Below, piece after piece: positions 35,328 through 47,032 of a stretch of DNA of 56,262 nucleotides (the stretch's first letter is position 1; each line of letters starts with the position of its first letter). Origin of the DNA: Desulfobacterales bacterium (GTDB lineage: Bacteria > Desulfobacterota > Desulfobacteria > Desulfobacterales > JAHEIW01); NCBI GenBank assembly GCA_050124655.1, contig JASFEV010000001.1, forward strand, positions 1 to 56,262, given 5' to 3'. A program made the position numbers and the translations under genes. Under the pieces are notes generated by a model. That model was not told the origin of the DNA, did no database searches, and saw only the letters and a list, made by a program, of their open reading frames with translations.

Positions 35328-38300
35328 TCACTTGCGATGCGCTTTCGGATCGGGATGAAACAAAGAATACACAACCGGGATCAGTACCAGTGTAATCAAT
35401 GTCGATCCGGTAAGACCCCCGACAACGGCTCGTGCCAGCGGCGCTTGAGCGTCGGATCCTTCGCCGATACCCAGAGCCAGTGGCAGCAAACCGAGAATGG
35501 TGGTCAGCGTCGTCATCAGAATCGGGCGCAACCTGCGACGACCGGCCTCGGTCAGGGCATCGTGTGTGCGCATACCGTTGCGAACCAGGCGACCGGCCTG
35601 ATCCACCAGCAGAATCGCGTTGTTGACAACGATGCCCCCCAGCATAATGCAGCCGATGTAAGACTGCACATTCAGCGTTGTCGTCGTTATAAACAACGTC
35701 ACCAGCACACCGACCGCCGCCAGCGGGACCGAAAACATGACCACCAACGGATCCCGCAGCGATTCATATTGACACGCCAGCACCATGTAAACCAGCACCA
35801 AGGCCAGCAGCAGTGAGATAACCAGCTCCCTGAAGGCCTTTTGCTGTTCTTCGTAATTGCCGGCAACCGTCAAATCATAGCCGACGGGGCGTGGAATTTG
35901 ATCCAGCAGGTTCTGCACGTCTGCAGCCACTGAGCCCAGATCGCGCCCCGCAACATTAGCGCGAATCGTTACGATTCGCTGTTGGTCTTTGCGATCGATG
36001 AGGATTGGACCCCGGCTCGGCTCGTATGAGACGACATTGCGCAGCGCCACCTTTTCACCGGATGCAGTTGTCAGCGTGAGATTGAGAATTTCATCTAAGG
36101 AGCGTTTCTCGGCATCTTTTAACTGTACCAAGATCCGATAGGAATTGCCCCCAGTGCGGTACTCACCGGCTTTGGAGCCAGCCACCGCGGTTTGCAGCAG
36201 CTGGGTGACGTCACGCACACTCAGCCCAAGATCAGCGACCTTGTCTCGGTTGACGCGGATTTCCTGCTGGGGAATGCCGGCTTCGAGACTTTTCTGAACG
36301 TCGGTAATACCCGGTACATCTACAATTGATTTCGCAACACTCGCGGCCAAAGCGTCAAGCGCGGCCAGTTCGTAACCACGAACATCGACGGTTAGTCCCT
36401 CGTCACCGCCCAGGATTCGTTCAAGTAAAAACTGGCCCTGGGGTGCTCGCACACGAATTTCCATCCCCGGGACATTGCCGTCCAGACGGCGACGCAGATC
36501 TTTAGCGATCTCCGTATTAGAGCGCTTGCGTTGGGCGGCCGGCAACAAAGACATGCGGATCTCACCCTCCGAGCCCGCATCAGCGCGCCAGCCGGAGGCA
36601 CCCACACTAACCACCGATGCCATGGCCTCGGGCACAGCCGGCTCAACAATTTGCTCCATCATACGCGTCTGCCGATCCACCAGCTCAAGCCGGGTGCCGA
36701 TTTCCATTTTGCCGCTGACGCGGACCTCGCCCTCATCGCTGGGGGGCAAAAATTCACTGCCGATCAGCGGCAAGAGCATCAGACTTGCAGCGAGTAGGGC
36801 AGCCGCCGCAAATATGGTGACCAGACGATGGCTCAGGACCCAGTGCAACAAATTCAGATAGGCGTTTTCGAGACTCATAAAGAAGGAATGGGCCGCGGCA
36901 GCCCAGTGATTCGGTCGAAAAGCCGGTGTCTTGGCGCGCTGTCTCTTTGGGGTTAAAAGCCGGGACGCCAGCATGGGCACTAGACTCAGTGCCAGGGTCA
37001 GCGAGCAGATCAACGCAAAAATGATGACATAGGCCAACTCCTTGAAGAGGATGCCCGAGACACCGCGCACAAAAACCAACGGTATAAAAATGACCAGGGT
37101 GGTGATGGTGCTGGCGATGATGGCCGGCCCGACTTCCCGGGCACCTTCCACCGATGCTAGCTTCGGCGCTTCGCCATCTTCGCTGTGGCGGCGGAAGATG
37201 TTCTCCAGTACGACGATGGAACTGTCGACCATCATGCCGACCCCCAGGGCCAGCCCGCCAAGGGTCATCAGATTGAGCGTAAATCCCCCGAAAAATATTA
37301 GCGCAAAGGTGGTTACGATGGAGATCGGGATCGACAGGGAAATCACCAAAGTGCTTCGGATGTTGCGCAAAAAAAACAGCAAGACCACGATTGCCAGCCC
37401 GCCTCCGTAAAGAACCGAACGAGCAACGTTGGCAATTGAACGCTCGATAAAGTTGCCCTGGTTGATGACCGGGACAATCTTGATTTGAGGAAAATCCTGA
37501 TTGACGGCTTTAACCTCATCCAGGATGCGTCTGGACACTTCGACCGTATTGGCATTGGCCTGTTTACGAATCGCCACGCGCAACCCGCGCCCACCGTTGA
37601 CGCGCACGATGCGGGTCAGCTTCTCATAGGTGTCTTTGACATCGGCGATTTGACCCAGCGTCACGGCGGCACCATCGCGCTGCACAATGACCGTGTTGCG
37701 AATTTGATCGAGGTTAATAAATTCGGCCGGAGCGCGCAGCATTACCTCATAGCGCCCCTGCTCGATCTTGCCTGCCGGAAGATCGAGATTGGCATCCTCA
37801 ATGGCCTCGATCACCTGATCCAACGGCAGACCGACGGACTTGATCCGGTCCGGATCCAGTTCTATCCGCACCTCGCGGTTGAAGCCGCCCCAGGTATCAA
37901 CTTGCGCGACACCCGGAATGCGGGCAAAGCGGTAACGGATCTGGACTTCAATCAGTTCGGTAAGTTCCACGGGATCGAGCGTGCTGGAAATTCCCAACAG
38001 GACGACCGGAAAACTGGCAATGTCGAATTTGCGGATGCGGGGCCTGACGATGTCATCCGGCAACTCGTTGATTTCGTCTTCAAGTTTGCCCTGAACGTCG
38101 ATTGCCGCCGTGTCGATTTCCGTTCCCCAAGCAAAGCTGACCCGAACCGTGCTGCGGCCCTCAGAGGATGTTGATGTGAGTTCCTCTACCCCGGGCACCG
38201 TGGCGACGATCTCCTCAATAATCTGAGTTACCAGTCGCTCCATAACCTCGGGGCTGGCACCTTCATAATTTGTTCGAATCGTGAGCGTGGGCAGCTCGAT

Positions 38301-38417
38301 GTTGGGCAGCATGTCGATCTGCAGCCTGCTCAGAGAGATGGCGCCCAGGATGACAAAAATGAGGGTCACCATGGTCGTAAAAATCGGGCGCTTGACACTG
38401 AATCTCGGCAGATTCAT
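35328..38417 (-). CDS. Efflux RND transporter permease subunit (AcrB/HAE1-like)
   Basis: 1029 aa. N-terminus [20 protein letters not shown]. 12-TM/2-loop architecture with the conserved [20 protein letters not shown]. Confidence 0.95.
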   Translation of the reverse strand: MNLPRFSVKRPIFTTMVTLIFVILGAISLSRLQIDMLPNIELPTLTIRTNYEGASPEVMERLVTQIIEEIVATVPGVEELTSTSSEGRSTVRVSFAWGTEIDTAAIDVQGKLEDEINELPDDIVRPRIRKFDIASFPVVLLGISSTLDPVELTELIEVQIRYRFARIPGVAQVDTWGGFNREVRIELDPDRIKSVGLPLDQVIEAIEDANLDLPAGKIEQGRYEVMLRAPAEFINLDQIRNTVIVQRDGAAVTLGQIADVKDTYEKLTRIVRVNGGRGLRVAIRKQANANTVEVSRRILDEVKAVNQDFPQIKIVPVINQGNFIERSIANVARSVLYGGGLAIVVLLFFLRNIRSTLVISLSIPISIVTTFALIFFGGFTLNLMTLGGLALGVGMMVDSSIVVLENIFRRHSEDGEAPKLASVEGAREVGPAIIASTITTLVIFIPLVFVRGVSGILFKELAYVIIFALICSLTLALSLVPMLASRLLTPKRQRAKTPAFRPNHWAAAAHSFFMSLENAYLNLLHWVLSHRLVTIFAAAALLAASLMLLPLIGSEFLPPSDEGEVRVSGKMEIGTRLELVDRQTRMMEQIVEPAVPEAMASVVSVGASGWRADAGSEGEIRMSLLPAAQRKRSNTEIAKDLRRRLDGNVPGMEIRVRAPQGQFLLERILGGDEGLTVDVRGYELAALDALAASVAKSIVDVPGITDVQKSLEAGIPQQEIRVNRDKVADLGLSVRDVTQLLQTAVAGSKAGEYRTGGNSYRILVQLKDAEKRSLDEILNLTLTTASGEKVALRNVVSYEPSRGPILIDRKDQQRIVTIRANVAGRDLGSVAADVQNLLDQIPRPVGYDLTVAGNYEEQQKAFRELVISLLLALVLVYMVLACQYESLRDPLVVMFSVPLAAVGVLVTLFITTTTLNVQSYIGCIMLGGIVVNNAILLVDQAGRLVRNGMRTHDALTEAGRRRLRPILMTTLTTILGLLPLALGIGEGSDAQAPLARAVVGGLTGSTLITLVLIPVVYSLFHPDPKAHRK

Positions 38418-39628
38418 TTTGAGCCAACCTTTTCGCGATCGGCAGCGGAATTGTCTAGCCCAGCGGCAATTTTAATCAGGGAAGCGTCGTCAACCAGTTG
38501 CTGGCCCAGGACAACGACCCGGCCAGACAGGCCGTCGCCGACCACCTGCACCCGTCCGTTTTCGCGAATGCCCACTTTTACCAGCCGCCAAGTTACCGAT
38601 CGACCATCCTCACTGACGATGAACACACCGGTTTTGTCATCGCGAACGGTTAACGCCTGCTCCGGGACAATGGTCGCATCCGGCTCCTGGGCTAATACGA
38701 CTGTTGCCCTGATAAACATACCGGGTTTGAGTTGATGCTGCGGATTGTCGATGGTCATTTCAATTCGCGCTTGGCGGGTAGACTTACGGAAGACAGGGGC
38801 AATGCGATCAATGCGACCCTTATACTGTTGGCCCCGATAGGCATCGGTTGTCAACGAAACAAGTTGTCCGGGTTCCAGGTGCGCATATTCTTTCTCGGTG
38901 ACGAAAACCACCCCTACGATGGGCTGCAGTTCAACGATCAAGAGCAGGGGCGCATTGGCAGCCACAGTCTGACCTTCATCCACATAGCGCTCGGCAACCA
39001 CACGATGCTCGTCGCCACCGGTCCATCCTGCTGTTACTTTTGTATAGCCAAGCCGGATCCTGGCGGTTTCCAGCGAAGATTCGGCCTTGGTCACCTCGGC
39101 TGCAGCGACTTTAAGTTGCGCCTGCTTGGCCAGTTGATCCTGCTTAGCCGCATCGTATTCAGAATCAGATGCAACCCCGCGCTTTAAAAGTGAATCCGTA
39201 CGCTTAAACTCGCGGTCAGCAATTTCAAGAGCGCTTCTGGCCTCGGAAAGCTTGGCGCGGGCCACTTCCAGATCGGCCTGGGCCTGGGTAACAGCCTGGA
39301 TATACTCAGCGTTGTCCAGTTCGGCTACAATTTGACCCCGCTCTACAGAGTCCGCGATATTCACAAATATCCGCTCCACGCGGCCGCTGACCTTTGGCGC
39401 AACCACAAACTCTGCCAAGGCTTCCAACTCCCCGCTAAATGTACGCCGCAATGCGATTGGCCCGCGCTGAATCTGAGCCACTTCCACCGGCACCGGTCGT
39501 GAAGCCTGTGTGCTTTTGCGCGTGCCGCCCCGGTTTTGATTTTGACCCCACATTACCCAGACGACACCCATCGCGACACCCATCAGAACAACTGTGAGGA
39601 TATAAGTTTTATAACTGCCCCTTTTCAT
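38414..39628 (-). CDS. Efflux RND transporter periplasmic adaptor (MFP) subunit
   Basis: TM anchor, coiled-coil hairpin ([15 protein letters not shown]...[24 protein letters not shown]), and beta-barrel and lipoyl-like segments. Its stop overlaps the pump start by 4 nt. Confidence 0.9.
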   Translation of the reverse strand: MKRGSYKTYILTVVLMGVAMGVVWVMWGQNQNRGGTRKSTQASRPVPVEVAQIQRGPIALRRTFSGELEALAEFVVAPKVSGRVERIFVNIADSVERGQIVAELDNAEYIQAVTQAQADLEVARAKLSEARSALEIADREFKRTDSLLKRGVASDSEYDAAKQDQLAKQAQLKVAAAEVTKAESSLETARIRLGYTKVTAGWTGGDEHRVVAERYVDEGQTVAANAPLLLIVELQPIVGVVFVTEKEYAHLEPGQLVSLTTDAYRGQQYKGRIDRIAPVFRKSTRQARIEMTIDNPQHQLKPGMFIRATVVLAQEPDATIVPEQALTVRDDKTGVFIVSEDGRSVTWRLVKVGIRENGRVQVVGDGLSGRVVVLGQQLVDDASLIKIAAGLDNSAADREKVGSK

Positions 39629-39668
39629 GCGTAACTGGCCTTTTGATGATCGTCTAATTGGCGTCTTA

Positions 39669-39718
39669 CCGTAAATATGCGTTTTTGACCTGATGCAGGC
39701 AGCATTGCATATTTACGG
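39669..39718. promoter_or_regulatory. Perfect 12-bp inverted repeat in the divergent MFP-RND / TolC control region (candidate operator or hairpin)
   Basis: ccgtaaatatgc (39669-39680) and gcatatttacgg (39707-39718), 26 nt apart. Confidence 0.35.
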
Positions 39719-39944
39719 CTGATGATTCAACAAAAAAGAATGCTCAATGGATTAATGCAGCTGTTGCACAGGACTGCTTTTCTCCCGCTCGTATTTGGAG
39801 CGACCTGTTTCATGTTCAGAACAGTTTTCGGTTGTCAGCGTGAGGCAAATAGCCATATAGTCAAAAAAATGTTTGCTCAAAACACCCAACCATTGGATTC
39901 GGTTGCCCGCCATTGGGTGGGATCGGCCTGCGAGAGGAACTAAG

Positions 39945-41579
39945 ATGATGTTTAAAAGACTTTTATATTATCGACGAATGTTTCTTGCCGTCTGCGCGTT
40001 GTTACTGGCAGCGGTGTCCTGTACAATGGTTGAAAAACGCATTGACCGCACAGCAGGAGGGCCGAATGTGCCTGCCGATACAACCATTCAAATGCGCATG
40101 GAGCCCAGCGAGCCGTCTGAAGAAACCCCTGCGCCCGTGCTGCCGCCGGGGCCATTAAAAGTTACCATCACCCAGGCCGTTTTGCTTAGCCTTGAGAATA
40201 ACCGCTCGCTTGTGGTGCAACGATTGAATCCCTCGATCCAGCAAACCGCTGAGGACCAGGAAAGGGCCGTTTTTGATCCAACAATAGACGCGGAAGTCTT
40301 CGCCGGCAGGGTCAAAGCAGAACGCCTCGCCAGATCCGGATCTGATACCGAGGATTTCGACACCAATACTGTCGACGGCATCATTTCTCTGGAGCAGTAT
40401 TTTCCGACCGGCACAACGGTTGCTCTGGAGGCCAGCAGCCAGATGGAGGATTCCTCGCTTTACGATTCCAATTTTTATTCGACTCGTTTGGGCATGACGG
40501 TTACCCAGGCACTGTTGCGAGGATACGGGACGGATGTGAATCTGGTTCGACTGCGGCAGGCGCGCCTGGATACGCACATGTCGGAATTTGAATTGCGGGG
40601 CTTCACCGAATTTCTGGTAGCAGAGGTTGAACGCACTTTCTGGGATTATGCCCTGGCTCGGCGTCAGATCGAAATTGTTGAGGAATCTCTGAAAGTCGCC
40701 CGTCAGCAGCTCAATGAAACCAAACAATTAATCGCCGTCGGCCGATTGGCCAAGGCCGAATTGGCGGCTGTCCAGGCCGAGGTTGCCGCACAGGAGCAGG
40801 CACTCATTGAAGCGCGGGCCAACAAGGAATCGATTCGCCTGCAACTGCTGCGGTTGCTTAACCCTGCGGGGTCCGGAATATGGCAGCGGGAAGTTGATTT
40901 AATCTATCAGTCGACCTTGCCCGAAATCAAACTGGAGGACGTTGAACTGCATGTCGCCGTATCAATGCGCATGCGCCCGATTTTAAATGAAGCCCGGCTT
41001 GAAATATTACGCGACGATCTGGAGCTTGTCAAAACCCAAAACGGCTTGCTGCCCTTAATGGATCTTTTCATCACGCTTGGCAAAAGCGGATATTCAGATT
41101 CCTTTGGCGAATCAATCAGTAATATTAAAAAAGACAAGTATGATGCCCTGGCGGGTGTCAGATTTAATTATCCGATATTTAATCGTGATGCGGAAGCCCT
41201 TCACCGGCGAGCGAAGCTCACTTATGAACAGACGCAAAAAGCCCTGGCAAATCTTTCACAGCTTGTGGAAGTCGACGTCCGCACCGCCTACATTGAGGTC
41301 AACCGGACCCAGCAGCAGATTGCCGCCTCATCAGCCACCCGCATGTTCAATGAGGAAAAGCTGCGTACTGAAACCGAAAAACTGCGCGTGGGAAAATCAA
41401 CCAGCTTTCTGGTGGCTCAGGCCCAGCGGGATCTTTTGGTAAGCCGCATCGCTGAGGTGCGGGCCCTTGCCAACTACCTGAAGGCATTAATCGATCTTTA
41501 CCGGCTGGACGGATCGCTACTCGAGCGCCGTAGAATTTCTGCCCCCGGAAGGGAACCGGTCGAGCTTTCAAAAAGATAA
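39945..41579 (+). CDS. TolC family outer membrane efflux protein
   Basis: ATG 39945 gives MMFKRLLYYRRMFLAVCALLLAAVSC (lipoprotein-like signal). There are two repeated alpha/beta halves with the typical coiled segments (QAEVAAQEQALIEARAN; LLVSRIAEVRALANYLKALIDLY). Confidence 0.85.
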   Translation: MMFKRLLYYRRMFLAVCALLLAAVSCTMVEKRIDRTAGGPNVPADTTIQMRMEPSEPSEETPAPVLPPGPLKVTITQAVLLSLENNRSLVVQRLNPSIQQTAEDQERAVFDPTIDAEVFAGRVKAERLARSGSDTEDFDTNTVDGIISLEQYFPTGTTVALEASSQMEDSSLYDSNFYSTRLGMTVTQALLRGYGTDVNLVRLRQARLDTHMSEFELRGFTEFLVAEVERTFWDYALARRQIEIVEESLKVARQQLNETKQLIAVGRLAKAELAAVQAEVAAQEQALIEARANKESIRLQLLRLLNPAGSGIWQREVDLIYQSTLPEIKLEDVELHVAVSMRMRPILNEARLEILRDDLELVKTQNGLLPLMDLFITLGKSGYSDSFGESISNIKKDKYDALAGVRFNYPIFNRDAEALHRRAKLTYEQTQKALANLSQLVEVDVRTAYIEVNRTQQQIAASSATRMFNEEKLRTETEKLRVGKSTSFLVAQAQRDLLVSRIAEVRALANYLKALIDLYRLDGSLLERRRISAPGREPVELSKR

Positions 41580-41635
41580 AAAATGGCCCCATGTGATGGT
41601 GATCACGCTGTTGTTGTCCTCATATGGTTGTGCCT

Positions 41636-42757
41636 TTACTGAAATAGACCCTGATATATCGCTCGCTTCTCCTTAACCCATTTTGGACAATAGGCTGGTT
41701 TTCCCTGCATAACGAGTTGAAAACACGCATCGCATTTCGGGCTGCACTTTATGATTGATCGATCCTCACCGTTTCTGGCCTTCTGGGGCCAGTCCGGATC
41801 GACCCATAGCATACGGGCTAATCCGATTAGATCCGCTTTTTTTTCTCTCAAAATTGATTCGGCTTTCAACGGCGTTGAAAGCCGCCCTGCTGCAATGACG
41901 GGAATATTCACGTTTTTCTTTACAGCAGCGGCTAAGGATACCATGTAACCGACCCTTTTGGATTTTTTAACAATTTCCGGCAACAAAAACGATTCATATG
42001 TCCCCCCCATGGTAGAGAGGTAGGCAACTCCCTCTTGCTGTAGATGTCTGGCCAAAAAAATGGACTCTCTTGTTTTAAGTCCGTCCGGAAGCCACTCGTC
42101 GACTAAAAAACGGTACCCGACCGGGTAATCTCCCACAGCATCTTTTACCCGTTTTAAAACTTCAAGCGGGAACCGAATCCGATTTTCAATGGAACCGCCG
42201 TAAGCATCGGTGCGCTTATTGGTTCTGGGAGATACAAACTGCGCAAGCAGGTAACCGGTACCCCCGTGAAGCTCCACCAGATCAAATCCGGCTTTTTGCA
42301 CGCGCAGGGCAGCTTTGGCAAACTGCTTCTGGATAGTGATGATCTCCCTTTGGGTAAGTGCACGAGGGGTTTTTCCAAATGCCGGAATGGCTGACGGCGC
42401 TACCGATTCTGAAACATGTGCAAATCGTCCAGCATGGTTGATCTGAAGACCGGCAAGACTCTTTCCCATATGGATCGCATCGGCAAGGGTTTCTAAGCCT
42501 TTTAAATACCGATTGTGATCACACCGGATGGTTCGGGGAGAGCCGCTACCGCTGGCTGTTATGCTGGCATTCTCAGCCATAACCATTGCCGCCCCGCTTT
42601 GGGCCATCTCATGATAATGGTGAAGCAGCAGCCTTGAGATCCTGCCCCCCTCGGCTGCGTATCCCAGATACAAAGGTGCCATGGTGATACGGTTTTTGAA
42701 TCTCAGACCGTTCAGAGCCAAAGGCTTGAACAGGTTTGGATATATGGGCTTTTGCAT
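41636..42757 (-). CDS. NADH:flavin oxidoreductase (Old Yellow Enzyme family)
   Basis: LFKPLALNGLRFKNRITMAPL, QINHAGR and ELHGGTGYLLAQFVSPRTNKRTD.YGGS.ENR. ATG 42757 with RBS ggagg. Cys-rich C-terminus (CSPKCDAC...CP). Confidence 0.85.
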   Translation of the reverse strand: MQKPIYPNLFKPLALNGLRFKNRITMAPLYLGYAAEGGRISRLLLHHYHEMAQSGAAMVMAENASITASGSGSPRTIRCDHNRYLKGLETLADAIHMGKSLAGLQINHAGRFAHVSESVAPSAIPAFGKTPRALTQREIITIQKQFAKAALRVQKAGFDLVELHGGTGYLLAQFVSPRTNKRTDAYGGSIENRIRFPLEVLKRVKDAVGDYPVGYRFLVDEWLPDGLKTRESIFLARHLQQEGVAYLSTMGGTYESFLLPEIVKKSKRVGYMVSLAAAVKKNVNIPVIAAGRLSTPLKAESILREKKADLIGLARMLWVDPDWPQKARNGEDRSIIKCSPKCDACFQLVMQGKPAYCPKWVKEKRAIYQGLFQ

Positions 42758-42854
42758 CTTTCCTCCTTCGCAAATCGTCTTCATTAGCTAAAACGCTAAG
42801 CTGGTTATTTGCAACGGGACGCGGCCGTCATACGGTCTGATAACCCCTTTGGGT

Positions 42855-45800
42855 TCAGCGGGGCGCATTATCATCCGGGGGTTTGACCCGGAAAAAGATG
42901 CTGTAAAGGGCTGGAACATAGTTGAGCGTAAACATACTGCCGATGCCCAGTCCGAAAAACATGATGCTGGCCATGCCGTAAAAAAGCGGGTCCCGATTGA
43001 TGATCAGCGGCGAGAACCCCAGCATGGTGGTTGATACCGAGAGCAGGATCGGCCTGAAGCGACTGACCGCCGAATTGATCACCGCATCATAGGGTGTCTG
43101 CCCCTCGCGCCGGTTTTCCTCGATTTTATCGATCATGACGATACCATTGTTCACAATCGAACCGGCCAGGGCCAGCAGCCCCAGGATCACCATAAACCCA
43201 AAATCGGCCTGCATCACCAGCAGGCCGACCACAGCACCGACAATCACCAGCGGCATGGTCAAAATAATGATGGCCGCCCGCCGGATGGAGTTAAATTGCC
43301 AAACCAGCAAAAACACAATGCCGCCAAAGCAGGGCAGCAGCCATTTTGCCAGGTTTCGCTGGGCCCGGGCGGCATCCTCCAACTCACCGCCGAGCTCCCA
43401 AAAGTGGTATTTTGGAAACTCCATCGCCTCAATGGTCGGCACAAGGGCCTCAAAAATTTCCGAGGCTTTCAGCACCTGGTTCTTGGCGCTGACGGTGATG
43501 GTGCGCTCCTGGTTGTAGCGCATGATACGGTTCAACTCGCCGACAGTATAAGCATCAGCAACCTGGTTGAGCGGCACGCTGCCGCCGGATGGTGTCCGGA
43601 TGCCGATGGTGGATAGGCTCACAGGGGATTCCCGTTCAGCCTCCAGGCCGCGCCCGACGATGGGGATCTGAACATTGCCTTTATGGAAATTGGTGGTCTC
43701 CGCGCCGTCAATAAAGAAATCCAGCGCATTGGCCACATCCTCCGATGTCACTCCGGCGCGGCGGGCACGGGCCTGATCGACATCCACCTTGGTTACCATC
43801 ACCCGGTTGTTCCAATCCTGCTTGATATCGATGGTACCGGGGATCTTGCGCAATGCGGCCATCACCTGCTCGGCCTGCTCCTGCAACACCTTTATGCCGG
43901 GACCGCTGAGCCGGATCTGAAACAGGCCGGTCTCACTGCCGCCCAGCCACATGGCCTTGATCCGGCCACGCACATTGGGAAAATAATTCAGGATGTATTG
44001 GCTCGTGCGCTCGACAAGCTCCGGGACCTCTTCGTTGGTCTCGGTGTTGACGATTAAAAATGCGAGAAACGGATCCGGGTCCAGCGGCGACAGGGATAAG
44101 AAAAACCGCGGCCCGCCGTTTGCTACATAGGCGATGGTTCCGGTGATTTCGGGGTTTTGCTCTTTATCCTGCAGCCAGGCGCTGAGTTCTCTCACGGTCC
44201 GGTCGGTCTCCTCGATGCGCGTTCCGGCGGGAAGATCGAGATAAACCAGATACTGGTTGCGGTCTCCGGGCGGGAAAAAAGCCTGGGGTAAAAACGAGGC
44301 CGCATACAATGCCAGTACAAATATGCCGGCCGTTATCGCGACCACCAGGATCCGAAAGCGTAGGGAGAGTTTCAGGATCCCGCGATAAAACCGATAGAAT
44401 CTTCCCTGATACGGATCATGCGCCTGTTGTTTGTCTGCGCCTACAACTAATTTTGGCTTCAAAAACCAGAAGCACATGCTGGTCGAAGAAAACATGGAAA
44501 AAAACCACGACCCCAACAGCAGGATCATCATCACCGAACCCAGCGAGGAGGTGTAATCGCCCGTCGAACCGATTTGAAGCAGAATCGGTCCGAAGGCAAA
44601 AACCGTCGTCAGCGTACTGGTCAGCAGGGGAACCGCAAGGGAGCTGCCGGTTTTTAAAACAGCCTCCTTGCGCTCCATGCCCTTTTCCAGATTGACCTTA
44701 ATATCATCGGATACCACAATGGCGTTATCTACGAACATCCCCAATGCAATAATCATCGTGGCCAGCGACATACGTTCCATATCAATGCCCAGCGCGTACA
44801 TTATCAACATACCGAAGAGCATCACCAGGGGTATGAACGAGCCCACAATCAGGCCGGTCCGCAGCCCTAAAAGCAGCATGACCACCACCAGGACGATCGC
44901 CACGCTCTCGAGCACATTGACCACCATGCCGCTGACGGCTTTCTGAATCAGTTCGGGCTGGTAGGTGGCAAATTCGAGCTTGTAGCCCCATGGAAGGGAT
45001 TCCTCCATCTCCTTGACTTTTTGCTGCAAGCGCTCGCCAAATTCGACTGCATCAACCCCTCTGAGAATAAAGACACTTAAAACAATGGCCTGATGGCCGT
45101 TGTAGTAAGCCGGGTTGTGGATCGGCTCCACGTAAGCTTTTCGTATGGTGGCAATATCCCGCAGCGGAATCGAGGACTGGGTGCCGGAAATCGGGATGAG
45201 AACCTCTCCGATCTCCTCGATGGACGTAAACCGGCCCTGAGTCTCCACGATGATTTCCACATCGTTAAGATTGATTTTGCCGCCGGGTAGGACAATGTTC
45301 TGCTTCCGTAAGCTTTTTCCGATATCGGCCGTATCGATCCCCAGCTGCGCAATCCGGGCGCTCGACACCTCGATATAAATACGCTCATCCTGCACCCCGG
45401 TGAGATCGACCTTCTGGATGCCCTTCATCATATTGAGGTGCTCTCTGATTTGACGGGCGGTTTCGTGCATTTCCGCCATGCTGAACCCATCGCTCCAGAG
45501 CGCGATGGTGGCCACCGATGTATCGCCGAAGGTATCGTCGACCATCGGTCCGATGGTGCCCTCCGGCAGCTCGGGTTTGACATCCGCCATCCGGTTGCGC
45601 AGCAGTTTCCACGTCGCCGGGAGCTGCTCGGAGGGGACTTCATCTTTGATCGTCACGTGGATCAAGGATTCGCCGACTTTGGAGGTGGAGTCCTTAATCT
45701 TATCGACTTCGCCCATGCTGCGAATTTTCTCTTCGATGGGCCGGGTAATCAGACGTTCGACTTGCTCCACCGGCATGCCGGGATATTTTGCGTACACCAG

Positions 45801-45938
45801 TGCTTCGCGAATCGTAATTAAAGGGTCTTCCAGTTTCGGAAGACGGATGAACGCCGTCATACCGCCTAAAATGACCAGTAACAGTGTCATGATGACGGTT
45901 CGTGAATTATTCAGCGCAAATGCGGTGATCCCTTTCAT
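42855..45938 (-). CDS. Efflux RND transporter permease subunit (second system)
   Basis: 1027 aa with AcrB-type topology. Conserved ALGMFVDNAIVVSDDI and LAGSIVNNGIVMIDKIEE. Confidence 0.9.
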   Translation of the reverse strand: MKGITAFALNNSRTVIMTLLLVILGGMTAFIRLPKLEDPLITIREALVYAKYPGMPVEQVERLITRPIEEKIRSMGEVDKIKDSTSKVGESLIHVTIKDEVPSEQLPATWKLLRNRMADVKPELPEGTIGPMVDDTFGDTSVATIALWSDGFSMAEMHETARQIREHLNMMKGIQKVDLTGVQDERIYIEVSSARIAQLGIDTADIGKSLRKQNIVLPGGKINLNDVEIIVETQGRFTSIEEIGEVLIPISGTQSSIPLRDIATIRKAYVEPIHNPAYYNGHQAIVLSVFILRGVDAVEFGERLQQKVKEMEESLPWGYKLEFATYQPELIQKAVSGMVVNVLESVAIVLVVVMLLLGLRTGLIVGSFIPLVMLFGMLIMYALGIDMERMSLATMIIALGMFVDNAIVVSDDIKVNLEKGMERKEAVLKTGSSLAVPLLTSTLTTVFAFGPILLQIGSTGDYTSSLGSVMMILLLGSWFFSMFSSTSMCFWFLKPKLVVGADKQQAHDPYQGRFYRFYRGILKLSLRFRILVVAITAGIFVLALYAASFLPQAFFPPGDRNQYLVYLDLPAGTRIEETDRTVRELSAWLQDKEQNPEITGTIAYVANGGPRFFLSLSPLDPDPFLAFLIVNTETNEEVPELVERTSQYILNYFPNVRGRIKAMWLGGSETGLFQIRLSGPGIKVLQEQAEQVMAALRKIPGTIDIKQDWNNRVMVTKVDVDQARARRAGVTSEDVANALDFFIDGAETTNFHKGNVQIPIVGRGLEAERESPVSLSTIGIRTPSGGSVPLNQVADAYTVGELNRIMRYNQERTITVSAKNQVLKASEIFEALVPTIEAMEFPKYHFWELGGELEDAARAQRNLAKWLLPCFGGIVFLLVWQFNSIRRAAIIILTMPLVIVGAVVGLLVMQADFGFMVILGLLALAGSIVNNGIVMIDKIEENRREGQTPYDAVINSAVSRFRPILLSVSTTMLGFSPLIINRDPLFYGMASIMFFGLGIGSMFTLNYVPALYSIFFRVKPPDDNAPR

Positions 45939-47032
45939 TTTCCGTTCTCCTCCAAGAGCTTCACTTCCATCCCGTCGGCTAAAAAACTCACCCCGGCCAC
46001 TGCAATAATGTCGCCGGCCTCAAGACCTTCTTCGATGATGACTTTTTTGTCCGCTGTGCCGCGGGAGCGGATCGGCGTTTTCTTGACCGTCGATGTCCCG
46101 GTGTCATAGACAAAAGCGAATCCCCGGTCCGGCTCCGGGGAAGGCAGGAGCGCCTGGATCGGAACCAGGTAGCCGGTCTTGGCGTTCTCATCTTTTATGG
46201 TTAGGTTGGCTTCGGCGGTCATGCCGGGCTTGACTTTTTCACTTGGATCTATTAGGTCCACTTTGACCGGAAAAGCATTGGCCTTAACCGCGGCCCCGCC
46301 AATGTAGGAAATACGGCCGTTGGCGGATTCCCCCGGCAGGGTGGGAAAGGTGACCGTCACCGGGTCATCGATGTGGATCTGGTCGACGGTGGTCTCCGGT
46401 ATGGCCAGCTCGACCTCCATTTTGCCGGTGGCATTGATTTCGAGAATTTTCTGCCCGGCCAGCACATTTTCGTTCGGCTCCACCGACCGCCAGGCGATAA
46501 CGCCGTTGTAAGGAGAGGGCAATTTTGTTTTGCGCAGATTACGCCTGGCCAAATCCAGTTTGGCAATCTGAAAGTTAACCGCGCTCAGGGCAGCCTTGTA
46601 ATCAAATTCTGTGACCTCCACAAACCTCTGTGCCCCCGCGCCCTGTTCGAAAATCCGCTTCTGGCGCTCATACTCTGCCTTTGTTTTGGTCACATTTTCT
46701 CTGGCCTTGATAAGCTCGGCCTTGGCCGCATCGACATCCAGCTGATAGGGCTCCGGATCAAGAACGGCGAGCATCTGCTCTTTTTTGACACGATCGCCGA
46801 TGTCGACTTCAACAGAATCCACCTGCCCACCGACCTCAAAACTGAGGCCGGAGGAATCCACCGCAGCGACTTGCCCTGGAAATTTGCGTATCTTTTCGGC
46901 TGGTTGTTCACTGACGGTGATGGTCTTGATGGACCGCACCACTTCGACGATTTCAGGCTTTTCTTTGCATGCCGCCATCGCAACCGCCATGCAAAGCAGC
47001 CAGGTCATCCACTTGAACGCCTGTTTGGTCAT
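45935..47032 (-). CDS. Efflux RND periplasmic adaptor subunit (lipoprotein)
   Basis: Lipobox AMAAC. Lipoyl, coiled-coil and beta-barrel pattern. 4-nt overlap with the downstream pump gene. Confidence 0.9.
   Translation of the reverse strand: MTKQAFKWMTWLLCMAVAMAACKEKPEIVEVVRSIKTITVSEQPAEKIRKFPGQVAAVDSSGLSFEVGGQVDSVEVDIGDRVKKEQMLAVLDPEPYQLDVDAAKAELIKARENVTKTKAEYERQKRIFEQGAGAQRFVEVTEFDYKAALSAVNFQIAKLDLARRNLRKTKLPSPYNGVIAWRSVEPNENVLAGQKILEINATGKMEVELAIPETTVDQIHIDDPVTVTFPTLPGESANGRISYIGGAAVKANAFPVKVDLIDPSEKVKPGMTAEANLTIKDENAKTGYLVPIQALLPSPEPDRGFAFVYDTGTSTVKKTPIRSRGTADKKVIIEEGLEAGDIIAVAGVSFLADGMEVKLLEENGK

Noticed and set aside
35235-38174. Several + strand ORFs (35235-35816, 36475-36861, 37042-37410, 37485-38174) inside the first RND pump gene.
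   Set aside because: All are antisense to an unmistakable AcrB-type gene. They have Arg/His/Gln-rich shadow composition.
40155-40727. A 190-aa minus-strand ORF inside the TolC gene.
   Set aside because: It is an antisense shadow of a supported outer-membrane factor gene.
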